Shown here: positions 16,207-24,296 of the stretch, piece after piece
Layout: the number at the start of each line of letters is the position of its first letter
How positions within the stretch are numbered: the stretch's first letter is position 1
Source: a virus
Taxonomy: Duplodnaviria > Caudoviricetes
DNA length: 25,380 nucleotides
IMG/VR virus record: IMGVR_UViG_3300035492_000056
Location: 1 to 25,380 of that record
Reading direction: 5' to 3' (one strand)
The notes under the pieces: model-generated
The model's input: the letters and a program-made list of their open reading frames with translations, nothing else
Told to the model about the DNA's origin: nothing
The model's database searches: none
Made by a program: the position numbers and the translations under genes

Positions 16207-17115
16207 ATGTCAGAAAATAAAGTGCTATTCGGACTTGATAAAACACATGTCGCATTTCAGAATAACCTGCCAGGCAAGACCTTTGCTGTACTCACAGCGC
16301 CAACAGCAGATGGAAACTTAACCGTAACTGTCACTGCTGCTGATGTCACCGGCTCACCCAAAGAGATTACTGTCGCTGTAGCAACTGCAACTGAGACCTC
16401 AGCAGCACTAGTTGCTCAGGAGATTGCTGATGCAGTTAATGCAGATACAGCAGTCAAGGTAAACTATGTAGCCGCGGTTGAGGGAACTGTCGTAATCATC
16501 AAGAGAAAAACAGAACCAATAGAACCAGATGAAACCTTTGATGTTACCGTTGCTGTAGCAGCCACAGGCGTCACCGTGTCATCTGTGCTGGCCACGACCA
16601 TTCTGGGGTATGAAACACCAATCCCAGTAGAAGGTGCTGTAAACCTGGCACTTGATCCTGAGGGCGAAGAGTCCACTTTCTATGCCGATAATGGCCCATA
16701 CTTTACCTTTACATCGAACAACGGGTACAGCGGCGACCTGGAGCTTGCAAAACTGCCTGATGCCATTGCAGTGCCCATGCTGGGATATCTCCTGGATGCT
16801 CAGGGCATGGTTATTGAGGTAGCTGGTGGAGACCAGAGACCATTCGCACTCCTTTGCCAGTACAAAGGAGACAAGAAAAATAGAAAGATGGTCTTCTATA
16901 ACTGCAATGCGTCTCGTCCGAATGAGGAACACACCACGCAGGAAGACGGCATTGAAGTAAATACTCAGACTTTGCCACTGATCATCCAGCCGATTGAAAT
17001 CGGTGGAAAGAACGTTGTAAAGGGCGCAATCGAACTAGCTACTACAGCAAACGAGCAGAACACCCTGGCTTATAATAACTTCTTCTACCAGGTTATTCTG
17101 CCTAAGTTTTCGTAG
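16207..17115 (+). CDS. major tail (tube) protein, phi13-like, with an internal inserted domain
   Basis: NKVLFGLDKTHVA, TP..VEGAV.L.LDPEGE, FYADN, NNGYSGDLELA, FALL and VFYNCNASRP. A Thr/Val/Ala-rich insert occupies about residues 19-133. Confidence 0.9.
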   Translation: MSENKVLFGLDKTHVAFQNNLPGKTFAVLTAPTADGNLTVTVTAADVTGSPKEITVAVATATETSAALVAQEIADAVNADTAVKVNYVAAVEGTVVIIKRKTEPIEPDETFDVTVAVAATGVTVSSVLATTILGYETPIPVEGAVNLALDPEGEESTFYADNGPYFTFTSNNGYSGDLELAKLPDAIAVPMLGYLLDAQGMVIEVAGGDQRPFALLCQYKGDKKNRKMVFYNCNASRPNEEHTTQEDGIEVNTQTLPLIIQPIEIGGKNVVKGAIELATTANEQNTLAYNNFFYQVILPKFS

Positions 17116-17124
17116 GAGGTTTGT

Positions 17125-17487
17125 ATGAGAGAAATTTTAGTTGCCGATACAACTATGGGAGTCAATGCGAGTGCGTTGGCTCTCCTTTTTTATAAGCAAG
17201 AGTTTAATTCAGATCTAATCAAGGACTTTACCAAGTTCGCATCTGCAATGGGTGATGACATTACAAACTATGATGGTCTTCAGCTGCTTTCATTTGTCTG
17301 GGCACTGAATAAAGCATATAAACTTCCAGAAAAACAGCCCGGGTTTGAAACCTGGATACAGACGATCAATTTCGACTTTGCCGACGAAGAGGCCATCAAA
17401 GGAGTAATGACTGAGATCGTCAACGGATACTTTCGCAGTAAGGCAGACTTATACCTCAAAGCGAAAAAAACAACCAAGAAGAGATAG
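17125..17487 (+). CDS. tail assembly chaperone (gpG-like)
   Basis: Between tail tube and tape measure; ALALLFYKQEF..DL and WA..KA...FETW pattern; RBS AGGAGGT. Confidence 0.8.
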   Translation: MREILVADTTMGVNASALALLFYKQEFNSDLIKDFTKFASAMGDDITNYDGLQLLSFVWALNKAYKLPEKQPGFETWIQTINFDFADEEAIKGVMTEIVNGYFRSKADLYLKAKKTTKKR

Positions 17488-17662
17488 TGATATCACCTAC
17501 TCTCTTTTGGCCAGTGCCAAGAGAATTGGAATGAGTTTTGAAGAGGTCAATATGCTTTCCATGGTTGAGCTGCTGGATTTTCTGAATGAGTATGTCGGAG
17601 AAGAGGAAAAAGGAAGTATCCGGGAGGCCACGCAGGAAGATATTGATAAATTGTTCAAGTGA
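17432..17662 (+). CDS. tail assembly chaperone extension (gpT-like), probably reached by a frameshift
   Basis: The +1 frame relative to the chaperone is open from 17411 to TGA 17660-17662. It encodes ...DITYSLLASAKRIGMSFEEVNMLSMVELLDFLNEYVGEEEKGSIREATQEDIDKLFK and fills the gap to the tape measure gene. No strong RBS of its own. Confidence 0.7.
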   Translation, partial: FAVRQTYTSKRKKQPRRDSDITYSLLASAKRIGMSFEEVNMLSMVELLDFLNEYVGEEEKGSIREATQEDIDKLFK

Positions 17663-17678
17663 TGGGAGGTGATCACAA

Positions 17679-19607
17679 ATGGCGAGTAAAAACATCAGAG
17701 GTATTACGATCGAGATTGATGGTGCTACCACTGGTCTGGAGAAGTCCCTCCAGGATGTAAATAAGAAGGCAAGAGACATCCAGAGCGAACTGAAAGAAGT
17801 TGAGAGGCTTCTGAAGCTGGATCCTAAGAACACAGAGCTTGTTGCACAGAAGCAGAAGCTACTGGGGGACGCGGTTGAGAATACAAAAGAAAAACTAGAA
17901 AGGCTTAAATCTGCCCAGAAACAGGTAGATGAACAGTTTAAAAATGGCGAGATCACTGAAGAACAGTATCGCGGCATCCAGCGTGAGATCATTGCAACTG
18001 AAGAGAACCTCAAGAGCCTGCAGGAAGAGATCAAGAACACGAACAACAAATGGAAAGACACTGCAGCTTCTATCGGTGACTTCGGAAAAAAGACGGAGGA
18101 GCTAGGCAATAAACTGGCACCGGTCAGCAAAGCGGCTGCTGGTGCGTTAACAGGGCTTGTGGGTATTGCTGTAGGTGCTGGAGCAGCTGCAGATGATATC
18201 AACACTCTCAGTAAGCAAACTGGATTGTCCGTCGAGGAGATCCAGAAGTTTAAGATGGCCTCGGATACTATTGACGTTTCAATGGATACTCTGGCCGGGT
18301 CATTAAGTAAGCTTACCAAAAACATGGGCGGGGCAAAAGATGGCACAGGACCTGCAGCTGAAGGCTTTAAACAGCTTGGTGTATCTATCCTCGACTCCAA
18401 CGGGAACTTAAGGGACAACGAGGATGTCTTTTACGAGTCCATCGATGCACTCGGTAAAATGACCAATGAAACAGAGCGTGATGCTTTGGCCATGCAGCTC
18501 TTTGGCAAGTCTGCTCAAGACCTTAATCCGCTCATCCTTGGAGGTGCTGATGCACTCAGGGAAATGGGAGCTGCTGCTGAAGCAAAAGGCCTTATAATGT
18601 CCCAGGAAGAGCTAGATAAGGCCAATGAGATGCAGGACACCCTGGACAGCATCAAAGCCGAATCAATGCAAGGCCTCATGAAGCTTGGCGCAGAGCTCGG
18701 ACCAATACTGATTCCTGTCTTCCAGGCTATCGGAGATGCAATCAGCGGTCTAATAAACTGGTTTTCGAGTCTGGATGAAGGCACCATGAAGACTATTATG
18801 GTTGTGCTTGGAGTTGTAGCAGCGGTGGCGCCTGTGTTGATTGTCATTGGTAAGATTGCATCTGGAATCAGCGCAGTCATGACGCTTGTATCCTCCCTAG
18901 GTCCTGTCCTTGCTGTCTTAACCGGTCCTGTGGGATTGGTCATTGCAGCTATAGCGGCCGCGGTAGCCATCGGAGTCGTGCTGTATAAGAACTGGGACAA
19001 AATCAAGCAGTTCGCGGCCAACCTAGGCGCAAGCTTAAAGACAGCCTTTACTAATATCAAGACGTCGATTGTCGCAGCGTGGAATGGTGTAATCACCGGC
19101 ATCAAAACAGTCTGGGCTAACGTTGTGGGCTTTATCAAAGGCCTCCCAGGGCAGATGCTTGGCTTCGGTAAAAATATTATCCAAGGTCTGATAAATGGTA
19201 TTTTAGGGTCAATCGGGAACATTGGCGGAGCTGTTAAAAAAATAGGCTCATCGTTGTTGGGAGGGGTTAAAAAAGTATTCGGTATTCATTCCCCCGCCGA
19301 AGAAACAAGAATACTGGGCGAATACACAGGAGAAGGATTTGTTGTTGGTATTGAAAACATGGCCAAACGTGTGGGACAAGCGGCGGCGACACTAAACGGG
19401 GCAGTGGTGGAAAACGCTACAACTCAGACCGTTAAGGGCGGAATCGACATGGGCGGAACGCTAAATATCAACATCACTGGAGAAGGAGCTGGGCAGCTCA
19501 ATAGAGACCCAGGATTTGTGGAGAAGGTCAAGGCTGCTATCCTGAATGATATTACAAAGAATAATCGCACTATACCCAATCGTATGTCGCTGATACCTGT
19601 AGGTTAG
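17679..19607 (+). CDS. tape measure protein (642 aa)
   Basis: IRGITIEIDG N-terminus, long helical Ala/Gly/Leu-rich body, hydrophobic segments, LYKNWDKI and FGIHSP motifs; follows the chaperones. Confidence 0.92.
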   Translation: MASKNIRGITIEIDGATTGLEKSLQDVNKKARDIQSELKEVERLLKLDPKNTELVAQKQKLLGDAVENTKEKLERLKSAQKQVDEQFKNGEITEEQYRGIQREIIATEENLKSLQEEIKNTNNKWKDTAASIGDFGKKTEELGNKLAPVSKAAAGALTGLVGIAVGAGAAADDINTLSKQTGLSVEEIQKFKMASDTIDVSMDTLAGSLSKLTKNMGGAKDGTGPAAEGFKQLGVSILDSNGNLRDNEDVFYESIDALGKMTNETERDALAMQLFGKSAQDLNPLILGGADALREMGAAAEAKGLIMSQEELDKANEMQDTLDSIKAESMQGLMKLGAELGPILIPVFQAIGDAISGLINWFSSLDEGTMKTIMVVLGVVAAVAPVLIVIGKIASGISAVMTLVSSLGPVLAVLTGPVGLVIAAIAAAVAIGVVLYKNWDKIKQFAANLGASLKTAFTNIKTSIVAAWNGVITGIKTVWANVVGFIKGLPGQMLGFGKNIIQGLINGILGSIGNIGGAVKKIGSSLLGGVKKVFGIHSPAEETRILGEYTGEGFVVGIENMAKRVGQAAATLNGAVVENATTQTVKGGIDMGGTLNINITGEGAGQLNRDPGFVEKVKAAILNDITKNNRTIPNRMSLIPVG

Positions 19608-19622
19608 AGAGGAGGGGCTGAA

Positions 19623-19970
19623 ATGTTTTACTGGGGTGAATTAAAGTTAAAAGTTGACACTGGATCCTACAACCCTCCTCATGCGACCCGTGAGAAGACC
19701 GTGATTGATGTGATCCCAGGTGCAGACATTGCATTGCCAGCATCCATCCTGCAAGAGGGTGGAAGAGCCAGAAAAGTGGCGAATCTATCCGGTTTTTGCA
19801 CTTCTTATACCGAGTACGATGTGCTTTACCAGGATTACCTAAACTCAATCATTAGGACCTTTACGGGGCCTAGCGGTGAGACCCTGGAAGGCATCATCTA
19901 CGAGCTGTCACCAGCTACGAGGGTGATGGCCAGGAAGTTTGAATACGACATCGTATTTATGGAGGTATAG
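19623..19970 (+). CDS. putative distal tail (Dit-like) protein, minimal size
   Basis: Position after the tape measure gene; VIPG, QEGGR..R...LSG and YDIVFMEV pattern; RBS GGAGGGG. Confidence 0.6.
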   Translation: MFYWGELKLKVDTGSYNPPHATREKTVIDVIPGADIALPASILQEGGRARKVANLSGFCTSYTEYDVLYQDYLNSIIRTFTGPSGETLEGIIYELSPATRVMARKFEYDIVFMEV

Positions 19971-19971
19971 C

Positions 19972-22608
19972 ATGAGACCGATATCCGAAAACACCTATAA
20001 TGTCCTGAAATCACAAAGCATGCTAGGCCAAAATAAGTATAATTATGAGCTCAAGCTGGAAGGCCTGGATCAGTATGGAGAACCTGAAGGAACTTTTTTA
20101 AATAGCGTCCGAACTACGGCTCGTGTCACTCAAATGGATTGCGTAATCAGGAGTGATGGTAAGGTCCTTGCAGTCTATAATATTGGTGCAGCGATTTATT
20201 ATAAAATCGTAGAATCCGAAAATGATCTGTTGAGCACTCCGGATTGTTTGGCTGGGGCTACATTACTATATACCATGCTTGACTACGACCCTAAATTCGT
20301 TTCGTATAGTACTTTAAAGCTTAAAAACGGACGTATCTTGCTATTCATAAATGAGCGTGGTAATAATGTTGCCTCACGAAAACATGAAGTAAAAGTATTT
20401 GAGAGTGCATCTGGCCTTGGGACTGACTTTGTTTTGAAAGCAAATATAGTTTCACAAAACAGAACAGGAAACACTTCAAATACTTGGGCAAGGCCTTCGA
20501 TAGGAAAAGCGACGCAACTCAAAGATGGCTCAATCATCATTGCAGGTAATATCGGTATATGGAAATATTCCGACTATGATGTTTTTACAATAGCTGTCTA
20601 CAAATCAACGGACAATGGGGCAAGCTGGACGCGTAAATATTCCCTAGAAAGTTCAGATAATGACATATCTAGATATGGGAATATTGCTATTGCGAATAAC
20701 AGTTTATTTTTCATAACGAATAATAATTATTCCTTACATTACCACAGATCAGAAAATAACGGTGATAGTTGGACACGTACCACAGGGAACTTCACTGGAA
20801 TCTTTGGAGTAAACAGTCAAAATCGGTATGAGTTCAATTTTTTAAATGTTGGATCAAAAATTTTCAACATCCATTCCGGTACTTCAGCCTCTGATATTCC
20901 TTTCAAAATGTCAAAATATATAGGGCCAATGTCATGTACGTATACAGACCTAGATAATCCAGCAAACTATCAGTTGATATACGAGCAAAGTTTAAACGGA
21001 ACAGATGAGCATAAGCGTAATCTCTTCGTAGCAACCCCTCGTGGACGTATACTGTACGGGGTAGAAAGAATCCCAACCCCATATCCATTTGTTATTTTTG
21101 GCCTGAAACTTAAAGAGTACTCAGCACCGTTAGATGCTATCTCAATAAACATATCAAAAGGGCGGGGTGGGGCCAATACAATGGCGTTAAGCGTAGATAA
21201 TGCCAATGGCCGCCTGAATCCTAATAACCCAGCTTCAGACTTGTACGGCATTATAGGGCTAAACAAGCAGGTCATATTAAAACAGGGCTATGGTGATGAT
21301 CTGGTCGAAGTATTCACTGGGCTTATCGACTCATTTGATATGAAAAGTTTTCCACACATCATGGACATTTCATGCAGAGACCTACTGAAGGTTGCCCTGG
21401 ATCAAACCGTAACGGAGTACGACTCAAATACATTGTACTTTGAGAATCAACCGCTTGAAACGATTTTTACATATCTCTGCTATCTGGCAGGGATTGAAGT
21501 AGGAGAGGTAGAAGCAACTGGAATCAACATCACGAAAGAATTCTCATGGCAGAGCTATGCGGATGCCTTTCAGTTTTTAGCAGACCTTGCATCTTTTGAG
21601 TACGGAGCCGATGAGTATGGGAAAATATACTTCCGGAGGGACTTCCAACCGGATGATCTAGCAATTGCTTATACCTTCGATGAGGGGGTAGACATCACAT
21701 CGCTGCAGTACCAGCTGTCCGATGCTGACCTTTATGCAAAGGTTGTGGTCTATGGGAAGTCTGGTGAAACCATCATAGCTTATGAGGCACCGTTCCTCGA
21801 TGCTGCAAAGTATAATATTCTACCCCAAAAAATTATGAAGATTGATGCTACTGAAGCCTCGACAGTGGGGGAGCTGGCCCAAATAGCAAACCGTGCCATT
21901 TACCTCATGAACAGCAGATCTGCTGTAGTGAGATTTTCAGCTGTTGCAGTACCGTGGCTTCAGATTGGAGATTTTATCCAGGTAAATGAAACCTCATCGC
22001 GAAGCGCTGGTATATACCGAATCGTCAATATGTCTCTTAAGATGGACAATAAGTCGTTTCTTATGGACCTGGAGTGCTACTACTATGGTGACTCAATCAA
22101 TCCTGGTACCTTACCAGAGACGACTGGATCTCAAACCCCCAATGCAACATTAAACCTGATACCACAAATGACCAGTAATACCGCACCGTCAGGAGTGGCC
22201 AGGGCGTCATCAGTGCTAACTTTATATAGTAACGACTATCAGCCATGGAATGCCCTAAATAACTCGTCTGAAGACTTGTATTGGAATGCTAATGCCGCTT
22301 ATGGATGGATTGAGTATCAATTTTCCCAAAAGATGATCATAGACAAGTATATGCTTAAAGCAAGGCAAGATGTTGCCTACAATAAAGCAATGCCGAAGAA
22401 CTGGACCTTTGAAGGATTTGACGGGGAGAAATGGATAGTCTTAGATACCAGAACCAACCAGACAACCTGGGTGGCTTTGGAAGAAAGATCATTTAACTTT
22501 ACGAACACCGCAGCATACTCAAAGTACAGGCTTAATGTATCGGCAAATAATGGATACCAAAGACTACAGCTGGAGCAGCTGGCAATGTACTATAGGGGAG
22601 GTGTATAG
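19972..22608 (+). CDS. tail tip / baseplate hub (Tal, XkdQ/gp27-like core) with Asp-box propeller insert and C-terminal discoidin (F5/8-like) domain
   Basis: RBS GGAGGT supports ATG 19972. Hub core motifs VDNANGRLNP, GYG..LV.VFTGLID, DEYGKIYFR and VPWLQIGDFI. Asp boxes STDNGASW and SENNGDSW. C-terminal IPQMTSNT.PSG...PKNWTFEG..W.VLD..YRL.V..NNG. Confidence 0.8.
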   Translation: MRPISENTYNVLKSQSMLGQNKYNYELKLEGLDQYGEPEGTFLNSVRTTARVTQMDCVIRSDGKVLAVYNIGAAIYYKIVESENDLLSTPDCLAGATLLYTMLDYDPKFVSYSTLKLKNGRILLFINERGNNVASRKHEVKVFESASGLGTDFVLKANIVSQNRTGNTSNTWARPSIGKATQLKDGSIIIAGNIGIWKYSDYDVFTIAVYKSTDNGASWTRKYSLESSDNDISRYGNIAIANNSLFFITNNNYSLHYHRSENNGDSWTRTTGNFTGIFGVNSQNRYEFNFLNVGSKIFNIHSGTSASDIPFKMSKYIGPMSCTYTDLDNPANYQLIYEQSLNGTDEHKRNLFVATPRGRILYGVERIPTPYPFVIFGLKLKEYSAPLDAISINISKGRGGANTMALSVDNANGRLNPNNPASDLYGIIGLNKQVILKQGYGDDLVEVFTGLIDSFDMKSFPHIMDISCRDLLKVALDQTVTEYDSNTLYFENQPLETIFTYLCYLAGIEVGEVEATGINITKEFSWQSYADAFQFLADLASFEYGADEYGKIYFRRDFQPDDLAIAYTFDEGVDITSLQYQLSDADLYAKVVVYGKSGETIIAYEAPFLDAAKYNILPQKIMKIDATEASTVGELAQIANRAIYLMNSRSAVVRFSAVAVPWLQIGDFIQVNETSSRSAGIYRIVNMSLKMDNKSFLMDLECYYYGDSINPGTLPETTGSQTPNATLNLIPQMTSNTAPSGVARASSVLTLYSNDYQPWNALNNSSEDLYWNANAAYGWIEYQFSQKMIIDKYMLKARQDVAYNKAMPKNWTFEGFDGEKWIVLDTRTNQTTWVALEERSFNFTNTAAYSKYRLNVSANNGYQRLQLEQLAMYYRGGV

Positions 22609-22609
22609 G

Positions 22610-23125
22610 ATGAGCAATATAAGTCGGGCAATAAAGGCGAAAACAGATGCACAGTTGAGACTTTTGGAGCAAGAAAGCAAGACAATTATTAAGCAAACTC
22701 CAACCGGGGAAGTCTTTCCAGTGACTCCTCAAGAGTATCAGCAAACGCTGGCGGCAGGAAAAAATATCACAATCACAACCTCAGGGAATATCAAGACCAT
22801 CAATGCAATCATGAACCTCCTGGGTGGATCAAATATCACAATTTCCACACCTGATAGCAATGGACAAGTCACAATCACTGCAGCTTTGCCACAAGCTACA
22901 GAAAGCGTATTAGGTGGAGTAAAAGTAAAGGCTAAAACTACTGAAACCGCTGAAGTAGCTATAGACACCACTACCGGAAAATTATATGCACCTGCACCAT
23001 CAGGAGCATCTGTGGAGAATCAGCGTACCAACACGGCACTATACTTTTGGGTGGGAACAGAAGCTCAATTCGCTGAGATTATAACGCCAGATGCCAATAC
23101 TATCTACTTTAGGAGTGATGCGTAA
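22610..23125 (+). CDS. tail fibre / upper-fibre adaptor protein
   Basis: RBS GGAGGTG supports ATG 22610. Two AG.NITI-type repeats, the fibre motif LPQATESVLGGVKV, and C-terminal WVGTEAQF....PDANTIYF. Confidence 0.7.
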   Translation: MSNISRAIKAKTDAQLRLLEQESKTIIKQTPTGEVFPVTPQEYQQTLAAGKNITITTSGNIKTINAIMNLLGGSNITISTPDSNGQVTITAALPQATESVLGGVKVKAKTTETAEVAIDTTTGKLYAPAPSGASVENQRTNTALYFWVGTEAQFAEIITPDANTIYFRSDA

Positions 23126-23808
23126 TGGGTAAAATAAGTATAGGATCCAACATCATTTACGATGATACAGGAGGTTCTTCCGAAACCCCAAGGATTAGGT
23201 TTAAGTCTGCAGCAAGAGACGTAGAGATATCAACGGGTACAAGTCTAAATGTTGTGATGCCATTAAACATCAACGCTGGCGATCTCTTACTACTCGTGGT
23301 TTACAACAGAAGTACCTTAACAACGCCCAGTGGGTGGACACAATTAATACAGCAAGGTCCTTTCGGGACTGCGAATCAATATAATCGAATCTTTTATAAG
23401 ATTGCTTCCGGGTCAGAATCGGGGCAAAATCAAGGTGTTGTGCAAGGAGCATCCGGAAGAATGGGCGCAAGTATTATCGTTGCTGAGTGCCCTGGCACAT
23501 TAAATATCGTTGATACGAAAACAGCTTTTGTCAGTGGAACGGGTACTCTAGATATTCCAGCTGTGACAATATCCTCAGGCGATTTTGTGATAATAATAGC
23601 CTCAAATGTTACGACAGCCACAAGTGGAGTTGTGAGAATATACATAAACAGCAATGACGTCATGAACTTGACACGTAGTAATGTTGAAATCCCACGTTTT
23701 GCTTACGCTGTATCTGAGTATAAAGGGAGGTTAGTTGGAAGTTTTTATTCTAGTCACTCCACAAATGCTGATACTGGTATGAGTGTTGCTGTTTTAAATG
23801 TCGTATAA
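23125..23808 (+). CDS. putative receptor-binding / distal fibre protein
   Basis: Last tail gene, translationally coupled (TAATG). Beta-rich and Ser/Thr/Gly-rich, with AGDLLLLVV...TPSGWT...FYKIA.GSE. Confidence 0.55.
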   Translation: MGKISIGSNIIYDDTGGSSETPRIRFKSAARDVEISTGTSLNVVMPLNINAGDLLLLVVYNRSTLTTPSGWTQLIQQGPFGTANQYNRIFYKIASGSESGQNQGVVQGASGRMGASIIVAECPGTLNIVDTKTAFVSGTGTLDIPAVTISSGDFVIIIASNVTTATSGVVRIYINSNDVMNLTRSNVEIPRFAYAVSEYKGRLVGSFYSSHSTNADTGMSVAVLNVV

Positions 23809-23818
23809 CTAACTATTT

Positions 23819-23850
23819 AAGGGCTTCCCAGCTGTGGGAGGTCCTTTTGT
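23819..23850 (+). terminator. intrinsic terminator between tail and lysis modules
   Basis: AAGGGCTTCCCA-GCTG-TGGGAGGTCCTT stem followed by TTGTT. Confidence 0.7.
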
Positions 23851-23876
23851 TATAAAAAATAAAGGAGTGAAATCAA

Positions 23877-24296
23877 ATGACACTAGACAAGAAAATCGCT
23901 GTAGGTCTCTCCGTTGCTGGTACAATCGTAGCAAAGCTTTTAGGGGGATGGGATATGGGATTGCAAGCCCTCGTTCTATTAATGATTCTGGACTACTTCA
24001 CGGGCATTACCAGGGCATTTAAAGACAAGGTGCTTTCCAGTGCAATCGGTATTGATGGCATCCTTAAAAAGATGACCATCCTCGTGATCGTTGCTGTTGC
24101 TGTAGTAATTGATAATGTCACTGGTGCATCAGGTATCGTCAGGCTTGCGGCTATTTTCTTTTATATCGGCATGGAGGGGATATCTATCCTCGAGAACGCT
24201 GCACGAATTGGTGTGCCTATTCCGGAAAAAATTAGAGAAGCTTTGTTGCAGATTAAAGACGGAGGGAAGAAGGCTGATAAGGATGAGGTGGAGTAG
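23877..24296 (+). CDS. holin (phage holin 4_1 / toxin secretion-phage lysis family)
   Basis: LGGWD, DYFTG, LSS.IG..GI.KK and EGISILEN..IGVPIP; three hydrophobic segments and a charged C-terminus. Confidence 0.93.
   Translation: MTLDKKIAVGLSVAGTIVAKLLGGWDMGLQALVLLMILDYFTGITRAFKDKVLSSAIGIDGILKKMTILVIVAVAVVIDNVTGASGIVRLAAIFFYIGMEGISILENAARIGVPIPEKIREALLQIKDGGKKADKDEVE

Noticed and set aside
17461-17533. Canonical -1 frameshift at GAAAAAAAC
   Set aside because: The -1 frame stops after ~22 codons and does not reach the gpT-like sequence.
17456-18418. 320-aa minus-strand ORF (also 18515-19222)
   Set aside because: Antisense shadow of the tape measure gene; Ser/Phe-rich mirror composition, no motif, and opposite to the operon.
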